In this document: positions 54,611 through 64,000 of the stretch, one piece after another
Layout: each line of letters begins with the position of its first letter
How positions within the stretch are numbered: position 1 is the stretch's first letter
Source of the DNA: Candidatus Latescibacterota bacterium
Lineage (GTDB): Bacteria; Latescibacterota; UBA2968
Assembly (NCBI GenBank): GCA_965207885.1
Contig: OZ242311.1
Span: forward strand, 3,136,001 to 3,200,000
DNA length: 64,000 nt
Direction of reading: 5' to 3'
Made by a program: the position numbers and the translations under genes
Notes under the pieces: model-generated
Seen by the model: only the letters and a program-made list of their open reading frames with translations
The model's database searches: none
Told to the model about the DNA's origin: nothing

Positions 54611-56836
54611 CTATTCCTTAATCGCAATAATCTGTGAAATCTCTTCTTGCATCTGTACCAATTTGTAAAACATACCCCGCTGTTCCAGCAATTCGCGGTG
54701 CGTTCCCATTTCCACAATGCGTCCGGCGTCCATCACCACCAGCCGGTCGGCATTGCGAAGGGTGGATAAACGATGGGCTATTGCAAAAGTCGTTCGTCCT
54801 TTGACCAATCGCACCACCGCATCTTGAATGCGTTTTTCCGTTTGCACATCAACAGACGATGTGGCCTCGTCTAAGATCAAAATCCTGGGATCGTGTAAAA
54901 TGGCCCGTGCAATAGACACGCGCTGCCGTTCACCGCCCGAAAGCGATTCTCCGCGCTCGCCGATGAGCGTATCGTAGCCATCGGGTTTTGTCACGATAAA
55001 GTCGTGTGCATGGGCAGCCCTGGCCGCTTCCACAATCTCATCGAATGTTGCGCCCGGCTTGCCATAGCCGATATTTTCCGCAATACTGCCCGAAAATAGA
55101 AACGGCTCTTGCAACACAATGCCAATTTGAGACCGCAAATCCTCCAGCCGAATATCGCGTAAATCCACCCCATCTACCTCAATGCTTCCGCGGTCAACAT
55201 CGTAGAACCGACAAATCAGATTTACCGTTGTCGTCTTGCCCACACCGGATTTTCCCACCAGTCCGATCATCTCCCCCGGTTTGACATCGAGGTTGATTTC
55301 GTGAAGCACGGGCTTGCTCTTGTCGTATCCAAACGTGACGTCATTAAACTTCACGCGACCCCCAATATGCGGCATAGGCACGGCATTGGGGTCTTGGTAC
55401 GCCTCGGAGGGCGTGTCGATAATCTCAAAAATGCGCTCTGCACCGGCCATTGCGCGCGTCATCCAGGAATTGACCATCCCAAACCATTCCAGAGGACCGT
55501 AGAGCAACATCATATAGCTGTAAAAAGCCATCAAAGTGCCGAGCGTCAACTCCCCATCGATCACCTCCAGCCCCCCGTAATACCACACAATAATCACGCC
55601 AGCCGCGGTCAATAGGGTCATCGTTTTATAAAAAATGCCCCGGTTGACCTCTGTAGTAATACCGATGCGCGTCAATTTATCATTGCGCCTTTTGAACACC
55701 CTAATTTCCTGCTTTTCCTGTGCAAATGCCTTCACCACGCGAATGCCCGTGAGCGCTTCATTGACCCGCGCCATAGTGTCAGACCAGGACTGCATCCAAC
55801 TGGTAAAATATTTCCGCATCCGCCGATAAAACGCATATCCCCAGATCATGATTAACGGAACGGGAATCAGCACCAGAATAGCCAGTGACCAACTCATCAT
55901 AAACAGCGCGGCGAGAATCCCCAGCAACATCATCGCTTCGATCACCAGATAGGGCAATCCATCGACCAAAAACATCTGTAAACGACTGCTATCGGTCGTC
56001 ACGCGGGACATCACTGCGCCAACTTGCCGCTTGTCGTAAAATTGCAGGGATAGCAACTCTAAACGCCTGTAAAGCTGGCTGCGGATATCCGCCGTCACCC
56101 GTGCGGAAAGCCACGTAACTGTCCAACCGTGCGCCCATTCTGCCCCCCAGGTTAGCAGCCGGATACCCACCAGAATCAGCACGAGCCAGCCGAGCAAGCT
56201 GAGCCGTTCGTCGTACAGCGCCTCTACGCCCTCGGGCAGCACCAATACATCATCGACAATGAGCTTAGTCACGTAAGGCGGAATCAACTCGGCAACTGTC
56301 GTCACAATAGACGCCAGAGCCAGCACAATCGCGCGTGTTTTGTAGGGCTTCAAATACGATGCAATGCGTCCCAACGTTGCAAATTTGTTTAAACAGGCCG
56401 GACATATCCCATTTTTTTCGGGCAATAGCCTGCCACACGATTCGCAGATTGTGCGATCCAGATGCGCATTGATAAAAAATTCTTGCCCCTTGCGCAGTTG
56501 CTCGATCCCTCGCGTGGTCTCCGAAAATTTTTGTGCCTGCGTCAGGGAATACGGAACGTGAATGGTCGGCTTATTTTTTCGATGAATTTCCAGACGCGCA
56601 CCGCCCACCAGAGCCTCTGTTCGCGCCAGTTCTATTTCTGAAATAGGAATATCTGCAATCGAGCCATTTTGCCGCACCAGTACGCGATTGCGCGTCACCA
56701 CTACCCACTGGTTTCCGAAGTCGCCTTTTTCATCCAGATCGGTCTCCACCCGGATAAGTTCATCTTCCCCTTCGGGCAAAGCGTGTTTCAACCAATCCAA
56801 ACTACCGTTTTGTTCATTATCCAGTAAACGATCCAT
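54611..56836 (-). CDS. ABC exporter (TMD+NBD) with N-terminal soluble domain and Zn ribbon; paralog of the downstream gene
   Basis: CESCGRLLPEKNGICPAC; GKSGVGKTT, LSGGERQR, LDEATSSVD, IAHRLST. Confidence 0.92.
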   Translation of the reverse strand: MDRLLDNEQNGSLDWLKHALPEGEDELIRVETDLDEKGDFGNQWVVVTRNRVLVRQNGSIADIPISEIELARTEALVGGARLEIHRKNKPTIHVPYSLTQAQKFSETTRGIEQLRKGQEFFINAHLDRTICESCGRLLPEKNGICPACLNKFATLGRIASYLKPYKTRAIVLALASIVTTVAELIPPYVTKLIVDDVLVLPEGVEALYDERLSLLGWLVLILVGIRLLTWGAEWAHGWTVTWLSARVTADIRSQLYRRLELLSLQFYDKRQVGAVMSRVTTDSSRLQMFLVDGLPYLVIEAMMLLGILAALFMMSWSLAILVLIPVPLIMIWGYAFYRRMRKYFTSWMQSWSDTMARVNEALTGIRVVKAFAQEKQEIRVFKRRNDKLTRIGITTEVNRGIFYKTMTLLTAAGVIIVWYYGGLEVIDGELTLGTLMAFYSYMMLLYGPLEWFGMVNSWMTRAMAGAERIFEIIDTPSEAYQDPNAVPMPHIGGRVKFNDVTFGYDKSKPVLHEINLDVKPGEMIGLVGKSGVGKTTTVNLICRFYDVDRGSIEVDGVDLRDIRLEDLRSQIGIVLQEPFLFSGSIAENIGYGKPGATFDEIVEAARAAHAHDFIVTKPDGYDTLIGERGESLSGGERQRVSIARAILHDPRILILDEATSSVDVQTEKRIQDAVVRLVKGRTTFAIAHRLSTLRNADRLVVMDAGRIVEMGTHRELLEQRGMFYKLVQMQEEISQIIAIKE

Positions 56837-56869
56837 CTCTACTCCTGAATCGGACGGTCACCTTGCGTT

Positions 56870-57601
56870 TTAATTCACACCCTTATTCAGACAAAGATCG
56901 CGCAACAAGTGTTTCAAGACCTTCACTTCAACATCTTTTTTTGCAATCGCTACCGACCCGACATAACCCTCTGCAGGGTCGAGGTGTAGCAGCGTCCAAT
57001 CTTTTATATTCCCTTCTTTTATCCACAACAATTTTGCTTTGCATCCCAAACTGACTTCAAAATTTTTTAATGACTGGACAAGACCCGTGCCCACAGCTTT
57101 CAGATATGCCTCTTTGCGCGTCCAGCAACAAAAAAAAGCCCGACGCCGTTCTTCTCGCGGCAACGCACACAACTGCTTGTATTCACCAGGTGCAAAAAAA
57201 CGTTTCGCAAGGTCCTGCATATGGCCGACCTTGCGACTGAGATGCTCAATATCAACTCCAATTTCACAGCGCAGAGAAACCGCAATAAGGGCCAGTCCTG
57301 CCGAATGGCTCAAATTGAATCGCAATTGAGATTTATCCCACGGAGATGCCAGAGCGGGTTTGCCGTGTTCTCCATAAAAAAAAGCCAGTTCACCTGGCTT
57401 GCACTCCATGTATTTGGCGAGAATCGCGCGCAGACATCCGCGTGCGGCAACAAAATGCGCCCGGTGCTTTTCAAAGAGAAATCTGTCGGCACGCACCCAC
57501 TCATCTGCCGATAGCGTTTCGGCCAACATGTGACCATCAAATGTCTCGCGCTCTAAATCCACCGCCCAGACATGGGCCGTATCAGTTTGCAAAATATCCA
57601 T
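56870..57601 (-). CDS. Sfp-type 4'-phosphopantetheinyl transferase
   Basis: LSADEWVRADRF, HGKP, FNLSHS, IGVDIE, WTRKEAYLKAVGTGL. Confidence 0.93.
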   Translation of the reverse strand: MDILQTDTAHVWAVDLERETFDGHMLAETLSADEWVRADRFLFEKHRAHFVAARGCLRAILAKYMECKPGELAFFYGEHGKPALASPWDKSQLRFNLSHSAGLALIAVSLRCEIGVDIEHLSRKVGHMQDLAKRFFAPGEYKQLCALPREERRRAFFCCWTRKEAYLKAVGTGLVQSLKNFEVSLGCKAKLLWIKEGNIKDWTLLHLDPAEGYVGSVAIAKKDVEVKVLKHLLRDLCLNKGVN

Positions 57602-57625
57602 ATCCCTTGCACTGTCTCAGCAGAT

Positions 57626-58837
57626 TTACCCCGTCATTCTCAAACTCGCCTCATAAGTCTCAAAGCGTTCGCCCTCGATCTCTTCGGGATCGACCAGCTT
57701 GAGCCACATTCCCTGATCTTTTTTGTTTCCGCTCAACTGCCTGCGGCTGCCCAAATTGGCGGGATCTGCACCGTGCCAGACCACATCGCCATCTTGTAAA
57801 AAGATAAATTCATTCCGATACCGGTCAACGATATCCCGCCGACGGTCCTGGTAAAACAGAGCCTGCTCACAGGTGGTACGACGCCAGCTTTCTACAATTT
57901 CCTCGCTATCTGTGCGCTCTGAATCAAACTCGGCCAGGGGGGCAGATACCTCGCTATGAAAATCAATCTCGCGCAGATCAACCGTACCAAAACCGCGCCT
58001 GTCTGCGATCAACAAATGGTTGCGGTCGCGTCGAAACGGCGGATTGGGCCAATCAGACGCGGGGTCGTGACCCATCAAATGGGCACCACATGCATCGGTC
58101 GCGGTTACATGGTCACCGGCTAATAACGCATTGCAAATACGCCCCTGTCCGCCCCATTCTCTACCCCATTGTCCGGTTAGTGCATCCACAATATTCAGAC
58201 AAGGTTGGGTGATCAATCCCAAATCGGGCAACACATAAGACAGGCGGATAAAGTGGTGATAATAGGATCTCACGCGGCCGTGTGGCAGCGTGATTGGGGG
58301 CAGGCCAAAGAGGTTTTTCATGCAAAGCGTAACCCCCATAAACAGATGATTTTTCATCTTGGCCACAGAAACCACCTCAGATCCTTCAAAACACGCGCTG
58401 AGCGTATAGCGATCAAACATACATCCGCCACCCGGCACGTCATACTGTTTGAACGGCGGTGCATTTGAATCGACAAATCCCACATCGTATTCTTTCAAAA
58501 TATGCGCGTAATTAAAATCCTCACCCATCAAATGTTCGCGCGTATAGGGATTGGTATCCGTTGCAATAATTTCCGCACGGGTTCGTTCTCGCAACAAACG
58601 CAAAACAGCGCGTGCAACCATATTATCGACCAACTCGCGCCGCCGTCCCATGTAGTAAATAATGCGATTGTGTAGCTTCATCATATTGAACTTGATCACA
58701 ATCCGGTTGGCTTTTTCCAGCCTTTCCCATGACCGATGCAATGGATCTGTAATGCGGCGCAACGTCCGGTATATTTCTTCCTCCGATGCCCGCCAATTGC
58801 AATGCGCTGCGCGAACCTTGTAATTCTTCTCTGCCAT
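57626..58837 (-). CDS. DUF362 domain protein with a short DUF5678-like C-terminal extension
   Basis: IVIKFN, VSVAKMKNHLFMGVTLCMKNLFG, LNIVDAL, GDHVTATDA; start at MAEKNY with a GAGG RBS. Confidence 0.82.
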   Translation of the reverse strand: MAEKNYKVRAAHCNWRASEEEIYRTLRRITDPLHRSWERLEKANRIVIKFNMMKLHNRIIYYMGRRRELVDNMVARAVLRLLRERTRAEIIATDTNPYTREHLMGEDFNYAHILKEYDVGFVDSNAPPFKQYDVPGGGCMFDRYTLSACFEGSEVVSVAKMKNHLFMGVTLCMKNLFGLPPITLPHGRVRSYYHHFIRLSYVLPDLGLITQPCLNIVDALTGQWGREWGGQGRICNALLAGDHVTATDACGAHLMGHDPASDWPNPPFRRDRNHLLIADRRGFGTVDLREIDFHSEVSAPLAEFDSERTDSEEIVESWRRTTCEQALFYQDRRRDIVDRYRNEFIFLQDGDVVWHGADPANLGSRRQLSGNKKDQGMWLKLVDPEEIEGERFETYEASLRMTG

Positions 58838-58989
58838 TCCGACCTCTGTGGTTAAATGCGATGATATTAGGACTGTCTTATTGTACCTATAAAAGCGAAA
58901 AATGAAAAGTGAAATTATAAAGATTTCCTTATATTGACTACATCTAATCCCGAACAAACTTCAATTGGCATTCAGACAGGTATTTTTTT

Positions 58990-60690
58990 ATGCTCGCCGG
59001 ATTCATCTCTCAATCGCCTCTTACCCCTCGCGAACTCACCCGCACGCTCACACGCATGGCAGATAGCCTTGTCGTACACCCAAAAGCGCACCGTATCACT
59101 TTTGCCCCGCATATTGCGGGCGTTGCATTCGCGCCAGATTGGCGTACGACACCCCCAGTTTGCCAGACACAAATGGGACATATTGCCTATCTCGATGGCG
59201 AATTTTTTAACCGCGCCGCGCTGACTCGCTCTGCTACTTCTGACCCAGAATTTTTGGTTCAGACTATCACAGGCAAGCGCGAACAATTGAACCGCATTGA
59301 TGGCATTTTTTCTGGCGTGGTTTTTGATACACACAAAAATGAACTGCACATTATCACCGACCGCTATGGCTTGCGTCCACTCTACTGGACGCGCCTGGGC
59401 AATCGAATTGCCTGGGCGTCTCAGACCAAAGCCTTCCTCGCGCTTCCCGAATTTTCGCCTGTGATTGACCCCATTTCCCGCGACATGTTTTTCTCTACCG
59501 GACAATTGCCTTCTGATCGCACCTGGCTCAAAGACGTCGCGCCCGTGCCTCCTGCAACGCAAATGACATTTCGCATTTCCGACGGTAGTCTTACACAGCA
59601 GCGCTACTGGTCCTGGGATGAAATTGCCCCTCTCACTGGGCATCACAGCCAACGCGAATTGGCACAGGAATTGGGCACGCGTTTTCGCACTGCGGTAGAA
59701 CAGAGAACCACAGGACGAACTGGTCTCGCTCTCAGCGGAGGTCTCGATTCGCGTGCGATCCTCGCCGCCATGCCCAGCACGCCCCAAATCTTCACATTTG
59801 GTCACCCCGACAGCGCAGATGTTCGCATTGCAGCTCAGGCCGCATCCGTAAAAAACGCGCCACACACTGTTCTCCCCATCCACAGTCAAAATTGGCTCTT
59901 GCCGAGAATTTCCGGCGTGTGGTATGCCGATGGCGCGCTTGACCTGCTCCATATGCACGGGATTGAACATCTCAAACAACAGAAAGAGGCCAGTGATATC
60001 TGTCTCAATGGCGCAGGTGGCGATGGATTAGCAGGTGCGGGCCATCTATTTCATCCAAAAGGACTCTCTGCTTACCTGAAAAATAAGCTACATATCCAGG
60101 CAGATCGCAACACAGCCCAACACCTCGAAACCGCATTTAACAAGGCGGGATCGGCACACGCTTTTTACATAGACTGGCGCATGCGCGGATTCACCATTCA
60201 CGGTCCCCGTCTGGGACTTTTGCATGGCTTCGAATACCGCTTTCCATTCCTCGACAATCAAGTGCAGGAATTTCTCTATTCTATTCCCCTGCAACAAAAA
60301 GCCAACAATCGGCTCTACCGACAAATGCTTCTCCATACCTTTCCCGAATATTTCAAGGATATACCCTATCAGGCCACGGGATTTCCCATATCCCATTCTT
60401 CCTGGACCGTCAAAATTCTGCGGAGACTCACAGGATTGCGCAACCGTCCCTCCCATACCTTTGCCGATTACGCGAATTGGTTGCGCCAATCGCCGGGTAA
60501 AAATTTGTGCGACTATCTTCTCTACAACACATCTGAAACCTCCAAGCTCTGGCAACGCCACCTCTCAGGTGAAGATCACACTATTATTTTAGGGCGCTAC
60601 CTGACCTATCAACTCTATCTTATCCAACTCTTTGACGGCAAATACCGCACATCAGAAGAAGTGGCTGAACTATTGAAAATTACCTCATAA
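58990..60690 (+). CDS. Asparagine synthase-related ATP-dependent amide ligase (glutaminase Cys absent)
   Basis: TDRYGLRPLY, LSGGLDSR (PP-loop), NGAGGD, RFPFLD; the N-terminus is MLAGF instead of MCGI. Confidence 0.85.
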   Translation: MLAGFISQSPLTPRELTRTLTRMADSLVVHPKAHRITFAPHIAGVAFAPDWRTTPPVCQTQMGHIAYLDGEFFNRAALTRSATSDPEFLVQTITGKREQLNRIDGIFSGVVFDTHKNELHIITDRYGLRPLYWTRLGNRIAWASQTKAFLALPEFSPVIDPISRDMFFSTGQLPSDRTWLKDVAPVPPATQMTFRISDGSLTQQRYWSWDEIAPLTGHHSQRELAQELGTRFRTAVEQRTTGRTGLALSGGLDSRAILAAMPSTPQIFTFGHPDSADVRIAAQAASVKNAPHTVLPIHSQNWLLPRISGVWYADGALDLLHMHGIEHLKQQKEASDICLNGAGGDGLAGAGHLFHPKGLSAYLKNKLHIQADRNTAQHLETAFNKAGSAHAFYIDWRMRGFTIHGPRLGLLHGFEYRFPFLDNQVQEFLYSIPLQQKANNRLYRQMLLHTFPEYFKDIPYQATGFPISHSSWTVKILRRLTGLRNRPSHTFADYANWLRQSPGKNLCDYLLYNTSETSKLWQRHLSGEDHTIILGRYLTYQLYLIQLFDGKYRTSEEVAELLKITS

Positions 60691-60692
60691 TA

Positions 60693-60734
60693 AAAAACTG
60701 CCGTCCGAAGTTTTTCGGACGGCAGTTTCTTTTT
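60693..60734. terminator. Bidirectional intrinsic terminator
   Basis: AAACTGCCGTCCGAA-loop-TTCGGACGGCAGTTT with A and T tracts, between convergent genes. Confidence 0.85.
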
Positions 60735-60758
60735 ACCACTCATATTTTCACTTCCCTC

Positions 60759-63700
60759 TCACCACTCCTTCCTCCAGAACAACCCTACCGATCCTCGCCT
60801 GCGTCGATTCACCTCTTCTATCTGACTCGCTTCCAATATCACTTCTGGGAAGATCTCAAACTCCATCGCCGCTTCATAAGCCGTGCTCGAAAAATCCTGT
60901 GCATAACTTATAAACAACCTGTCCCCAATATACTTGCCCAATCTAATCCTGGGGAGAAGGCGGCCCTCGCCACTATCGATCTCCACCAGATCCAGACGCA
61001 ATTTTTGCCCAATGTGCCGCCCCAGGCGATTTGCAACAACCCCCGCAACCAGATCCAGCGTATGATCGCGGGAAAACGGAAAATGACCAGCCGGTCTCCC
61101 CGTCAACAGTAGAGATGCAATATTCCCCACATCCTCTCCAAGTGGCTGATCGCTGTCAATGTCAAACGAAATCTGCGGATACGTCAATGTTCCCGCCACT
61201 GTGACAATAATATCGACAGGTCCTGGCTTCTCGCCTACTGCAGTCACAGCGCGCACGCGCGTCTCGGCGCGAATATCCAGATCGGGATTCCAGTCAGGTC
61301 TGCCCTGAAATTGAATTTCACCTCGTGTAATACGCAAGCGGCGGTTTTGCCAGATGTAATTGCCCTGGCGGCTTAACATCGTGCCATAAATACGCGAATC
61401 TTCGCGATTTTTTATCACATCCAGATCGCCCCCAATTTCCACCTCAAAGGCCGGGTCGCGCAACCACACCTGTCTGTCGGCAGACACTTGCAGGTGTATT
61501 TCCGGATCCCTCAGAAATGTCGGCATTTCCGGGCTCGGTTCTTCAAACAATTCCGTCAAGCGAATCTCCGCCTGTTTCGTCGCCAGGCTCGGTACTCCGA
61601 GCAATTCCGCCAGGCGAATCTCTGCCTGTTTCATCGCCAATTTGCCCACAACTTTGATGCCCTGCAGCGTTCCCGTGATCTGCAATTGACCATCCGTCAC
61701 AAGTTGTAGTTCGGGCAGGGCAACTGGTTCAAAATCGCGGAATTGCGCAGATAAATTCCATTTGCTCGGCAAAAAACCCTCAAGCATTATGTCACCTGAA
61801 AGATTCGCCGAAGTCCCAATCGCAAGACTGTCAATCTGAATTTTTCCGTCGCCAATCACAGCACGTCCCGAAACAGGCGTGTAAGACCGATGCAGATCGG
61901 GCAGGTGGAATACCCCATTTCGAATTTCGATCTCTCCCCGAATGTCCGGTTGCTCAAAACGACCGCGCGCCTCCAGATCGAACGATAACATCCCTGAAAT
62001 CCCCTCATCGACACCAAAAAACGCGTTTGAGATTGTGCCAAATGTCAATCTATCGGATCGTTTTATTCCGACCAATTCTGTTTTTTCATCCGATAGGTTC
62101 GGGCGCGTCCTCAGCGCGATCCCCTCAGATCGAGCGCGCAGGTGCATATCACCTGTACCTGCAATGGGAAAACTGCCAAACAGAGCCAGCACCTCATTTC
62201 CATCGGGTACGACTTTCACCTCAAAGTGTATCCTGTCATTGCCCAGGGACATCTCTCCTGCGGCACTATCAAATCCCACACCCGATATTTTGCCCTTTGC
62301 AAGAGCGAAATGAATAAAAATAAGAGGATCGGTCAATGTGCCAGCAAAAAGCACTTCACCATTGAGAATACCCTCCATACCTGAAGCACCCGCCAGAAAT
62401 GCCCAGGGGCGCAAATCCAAATCTTTTAACAATACCTCTACAGTCGCCTGAAAACCCTGTTGATCCCGCGCAATCAGACGCCCCGCTGGGCCAGAAAGCA
62501 CCAGATGCCCGATGTGAACGCCCCGAGATGGCGAATACGCAAATCGAACAGGCCCTTCGTTGTGCAGCACGACCTGATCGACCTTAACGTACAGCGAATC
62601 CATTGCCACCTGGAAATGATCTTCTTTTTGCCCTGCGCGCCCCTGAAAAAGGACCCGGTCATCTACTTGCGCGCCGTTACCCAACAAAAATGATGTTTCG
62701 CCATGTGCGTACACCGCCTCGAAAAACACCTCTTGCAATGAACGTTCACCCCAGGTCAAGCGATCCACTTGCAGGTTAACAGCACCCGAATCAGGCCGCG
62801 CCCACTGCGTCTCTATCGTAAGATTTTGTATTGGAATGTCCGCTACGACGAGGCTATCTGCGCCACCTTGTGCAGAAAAACCGGGCGTATCCAACGTTCC
62901 CGACCATGTGCCCGATAGGGCCAACGTCCCCGATAAATCCACACCCACCACCTCACCTATCGCCTCTAAATCCCGTACATTCATCAGCCATTGGCCCTCG
63001 GAATGCCGATCAATATGCCCCTGAGTGGAAAACACCCCACCCGTCCCCGACAGATTCGCGCGAATATCAGATCGTCCCTCAGAATTGACCAATGCAGAAA
63101 TGTGCAAACTATCAGCCGCGGCATTGCCCGTGATATTTCCCCTCAATTCAACGGTCAAATCGTCACCTGTGATGCCATCCACATTTCCAGCAAGCGCCAG
63201 CGATGTACCCCATCTGTTTGTACCCGTTAAATGTGGCAACGCCACCTCCGCCTGAACATTCCCCGCAATAGCTGGCTTTTCTCCTTCAAAATGCAACTGC
63301 CCATTTCCATTGACGCGCGTTCCCCAATTCTGCAATTGTGTCTCAAAATGATCGATAAAAAGCTGTTGATCTACATATCTCGCACCATCAATACGCCCCG
63401 TCACGCGCCCGACTTTTTTGGGCACACCGGGTAAATGTTCAGCATATAGATCGCGGAATCGCATTTCCCATTTCCCATCCCAGGTGGTCAACCGCGCATC
63501 CCCATTGCCCACTATATTGCCACTTGGCCCATTAGCAGTGACCTGCGTTCGCACCAGATCATTTGCCAAATTGACAGCAAAACGCACGGAATCGAATCGC
63601 GCATCCCCAAACTGCACGCGTCGAAAAACACCCCCAGCAACGGCATTTTCTACGCCAGAGGAATCCACCGCGAAAGTGATCATCCCATCCAGACTTGTAC

Positions 63701-64000
63701 TGATACGGGGTAAATCAGTATCAAATTCTGTATATCCCAACGAAATGAGGTCATTGGTCTCGATCTTAAAAATAGCGTCTCCGCGCACTTCAAACGGCGC
63801 AATCCCCATGACGCCATTAAACGCAATTGAAATTTCTTCATCTTTCACAACCAATTCTGTAACAAGGGATTGCAAGTTGCCCTTCACGTTTCCACGCATC
63901 TGCATAGCGCGTGTGGGTAGATCGACCAGATTTCTGAGATCTGCCAGCCATAGAGAATCGGCTTCCACAACGAGATCTACCTCGGGGTTATCCAGTTGCC
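60759..64000 (-). CDS. tamB: Translocation and assembly module TamB/AsmA-like protein, 5' end outside the window
   Basis: Long beta-taco-like repeats; C-terminal DUF490-type motifs (NPDLDIRA, VAGTLTYPQI, LLLTGR, LGKYIGDRLFISY, WRKEW); the frame stays open to the window edge. Confidence 0.88.
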   Translation of the reverse strand, partial: QLDNPEVDLVVEADSLWLADLRNLVDLPTRAMQMRGNVKGNLQSLVTELVVKDEEISIAFNGVMGIAPFEVRGDAIFKIETNDLISLGYTEFDTDLPRISTSLDGMITFAVDSSGVENAVAGGVFRRVQFGDARFDSVRFAVNLANDLVRTQVTANGPSGNIVGNGDARLTTWDGKWEMRFRDLYAEHLPGVPKKVGRVTGRIDGARYVDQQLFIDHFETQLQNWGTRVNGNGQLHFEGEKPAIAGNVQAEVALPHLTGTNRWGTSLALAGNVDGITGDDLTVELRGNITGNAAADSLHISALVNSEGRSDIRANLSGTGGVFSTQGHIDRHSEGQWLMNVRDLEAIGEVVGVDLSGTLALSGTWSGTLDTPGFSAQGGADSLVVADIPIQNLTIETQWARPDSGAVNLQVDRLTWGERSLQEVFFEAVYAHGETSFLLGNGAQVDDRVLFQGRAGQKEDHFQVAMDSLYVKVDQVVLHNEGPVRFAYSPSRGVHIGHLVLSGPAGRLIARDQQGFQATVEVLLKDLDLRPWAFLAGASGMEGILNGEVLFAGTLTDPLIFIHFALAKGKISGVGFDSAAGEMSLGNDRIHFEVKVVPDGNEVLALFGSFPIAGTGDMHLRARSEGIALRTRPNLSDEKTELVGIKRSDRLTFGTISNAFFGVDEGISGMLSFDLEARGRFEQPDIRGEIEIRNGVFHLPDLHRSYTPVSGRAVIGDGKIQIDSLAIGTSANLSGDIMLEGFLPSKWNLSAQFRDFEPVALPELQLVTDGQLQITGTLQGIKVVGKLAMKQAEIRLAELLGVPSLATKQAEIRLTELFEEPSPEMPTFLRDPEIHLQVSADRQVWLRDPAFEVEIGGDLDVIKNREDSRIYGTMLSRQGNYIWQNRRLRITRGEIQFQGRPDWNPDLDIRAETRVRAVTAVGEKPGPVDIIVTVAGTLTYPQISFDIDSDQPLGEDVGNIASLLLTGRPAGHFPFSRDHTLDLVAGVVANRLGRHIGQKLRLDLVEIDSGEGRLLPRIRLGKYIGDRLFISYAQDFSSTAYEAAMEFEIFPEVILEASQIEEVNRRRRGSVGLFWRKEW
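61532..61639. repeat. 54-bp imperfect in-frame tandem duplication inside tamB
   Basis: Units 61532-61585 and 61586-61639 encode AMKQAEIRLAELLGVPSL / ATKQAEIRLTELFEEPSP. Confidence 0.85.

Noticed and set aside
58972-59979. 335-aa minus-strand ORF
   Set aside because: Antisense shadow of the asparagine-synthase-like gene with no recognisable motifs or RBS.
52325-60690. Lasso peptide cluster (AsnB-like cyclase plus ABC exporters)
   Set aside because: No transglutaminase-like B2 peptidase, PqqD/RRE protein or precursor ORF is visible.
1-64000. CRISPR array, prophage, rRNA, integron
   Set aside because: No regularly spaced 25-45 bp repeats, cas, phage structural, integrase or rRNA-like sequence was seen by eye.

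Overview
Gene-dense bacterial chromosomal segment of roughly balanced GC content. The gene content (GWxTD protein, GldAFG-type ABC systems, TamB, sulfatase, GH88, TonB receptors) suggests a diderm of the FCB group, e.g. Latescibacterota/Gemmatimonadota-like; this is inference. In order it holds: mltG (partial)-ruvX with two small upstream ORFs; a GWxTD/TPR envelope operon and tonB; a CYTH-CHAD-ParA operon; an accessory catabolic block (SDR, OtnC/OtnK-like, TPP enzyme, NIPSNAP, sulfatase, PhyH) next to tRNA-Arg(CCT); apt; a complete IS4-family element with TIRs and a 9-bp target duplication that destroyed the stop codon of acylphosphatase; an FAD/Fe-S oxidoreductase, DegT aminotransferase and YyaL-DsbD fusion; a GH88-DUF547-PGI-ArsS operon; mobA; an intact TonB-dependent receptor followed by an internally deleted paralog; YihY; two convergent GldA/F/G-type ABC operons; an amidohydrolase and sppA; a DUF362-Sfp-ABC-ABC-DUF1854 operon; an asparagine-synthase-like ligase; and a partial tamB. 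No CRISPR array, rRNA or prophage was seen. The strongest leads are (i) a ParA ATPase coupled to polyphosphate-binding CHAD/CYTH proteins (candidate polyP-granule positioning system), (ii) deletion scars, two of which keep only the first and last codons of outer-membrane receptor genes, (iii) the IS-extended acylphosphatase, and (iv) the paired Zn-ribbon ABC exporters plus DUF1854 and Sfp without a visible biosynthetic partner. All family assignments come from motif recognition by eye, not database searches.
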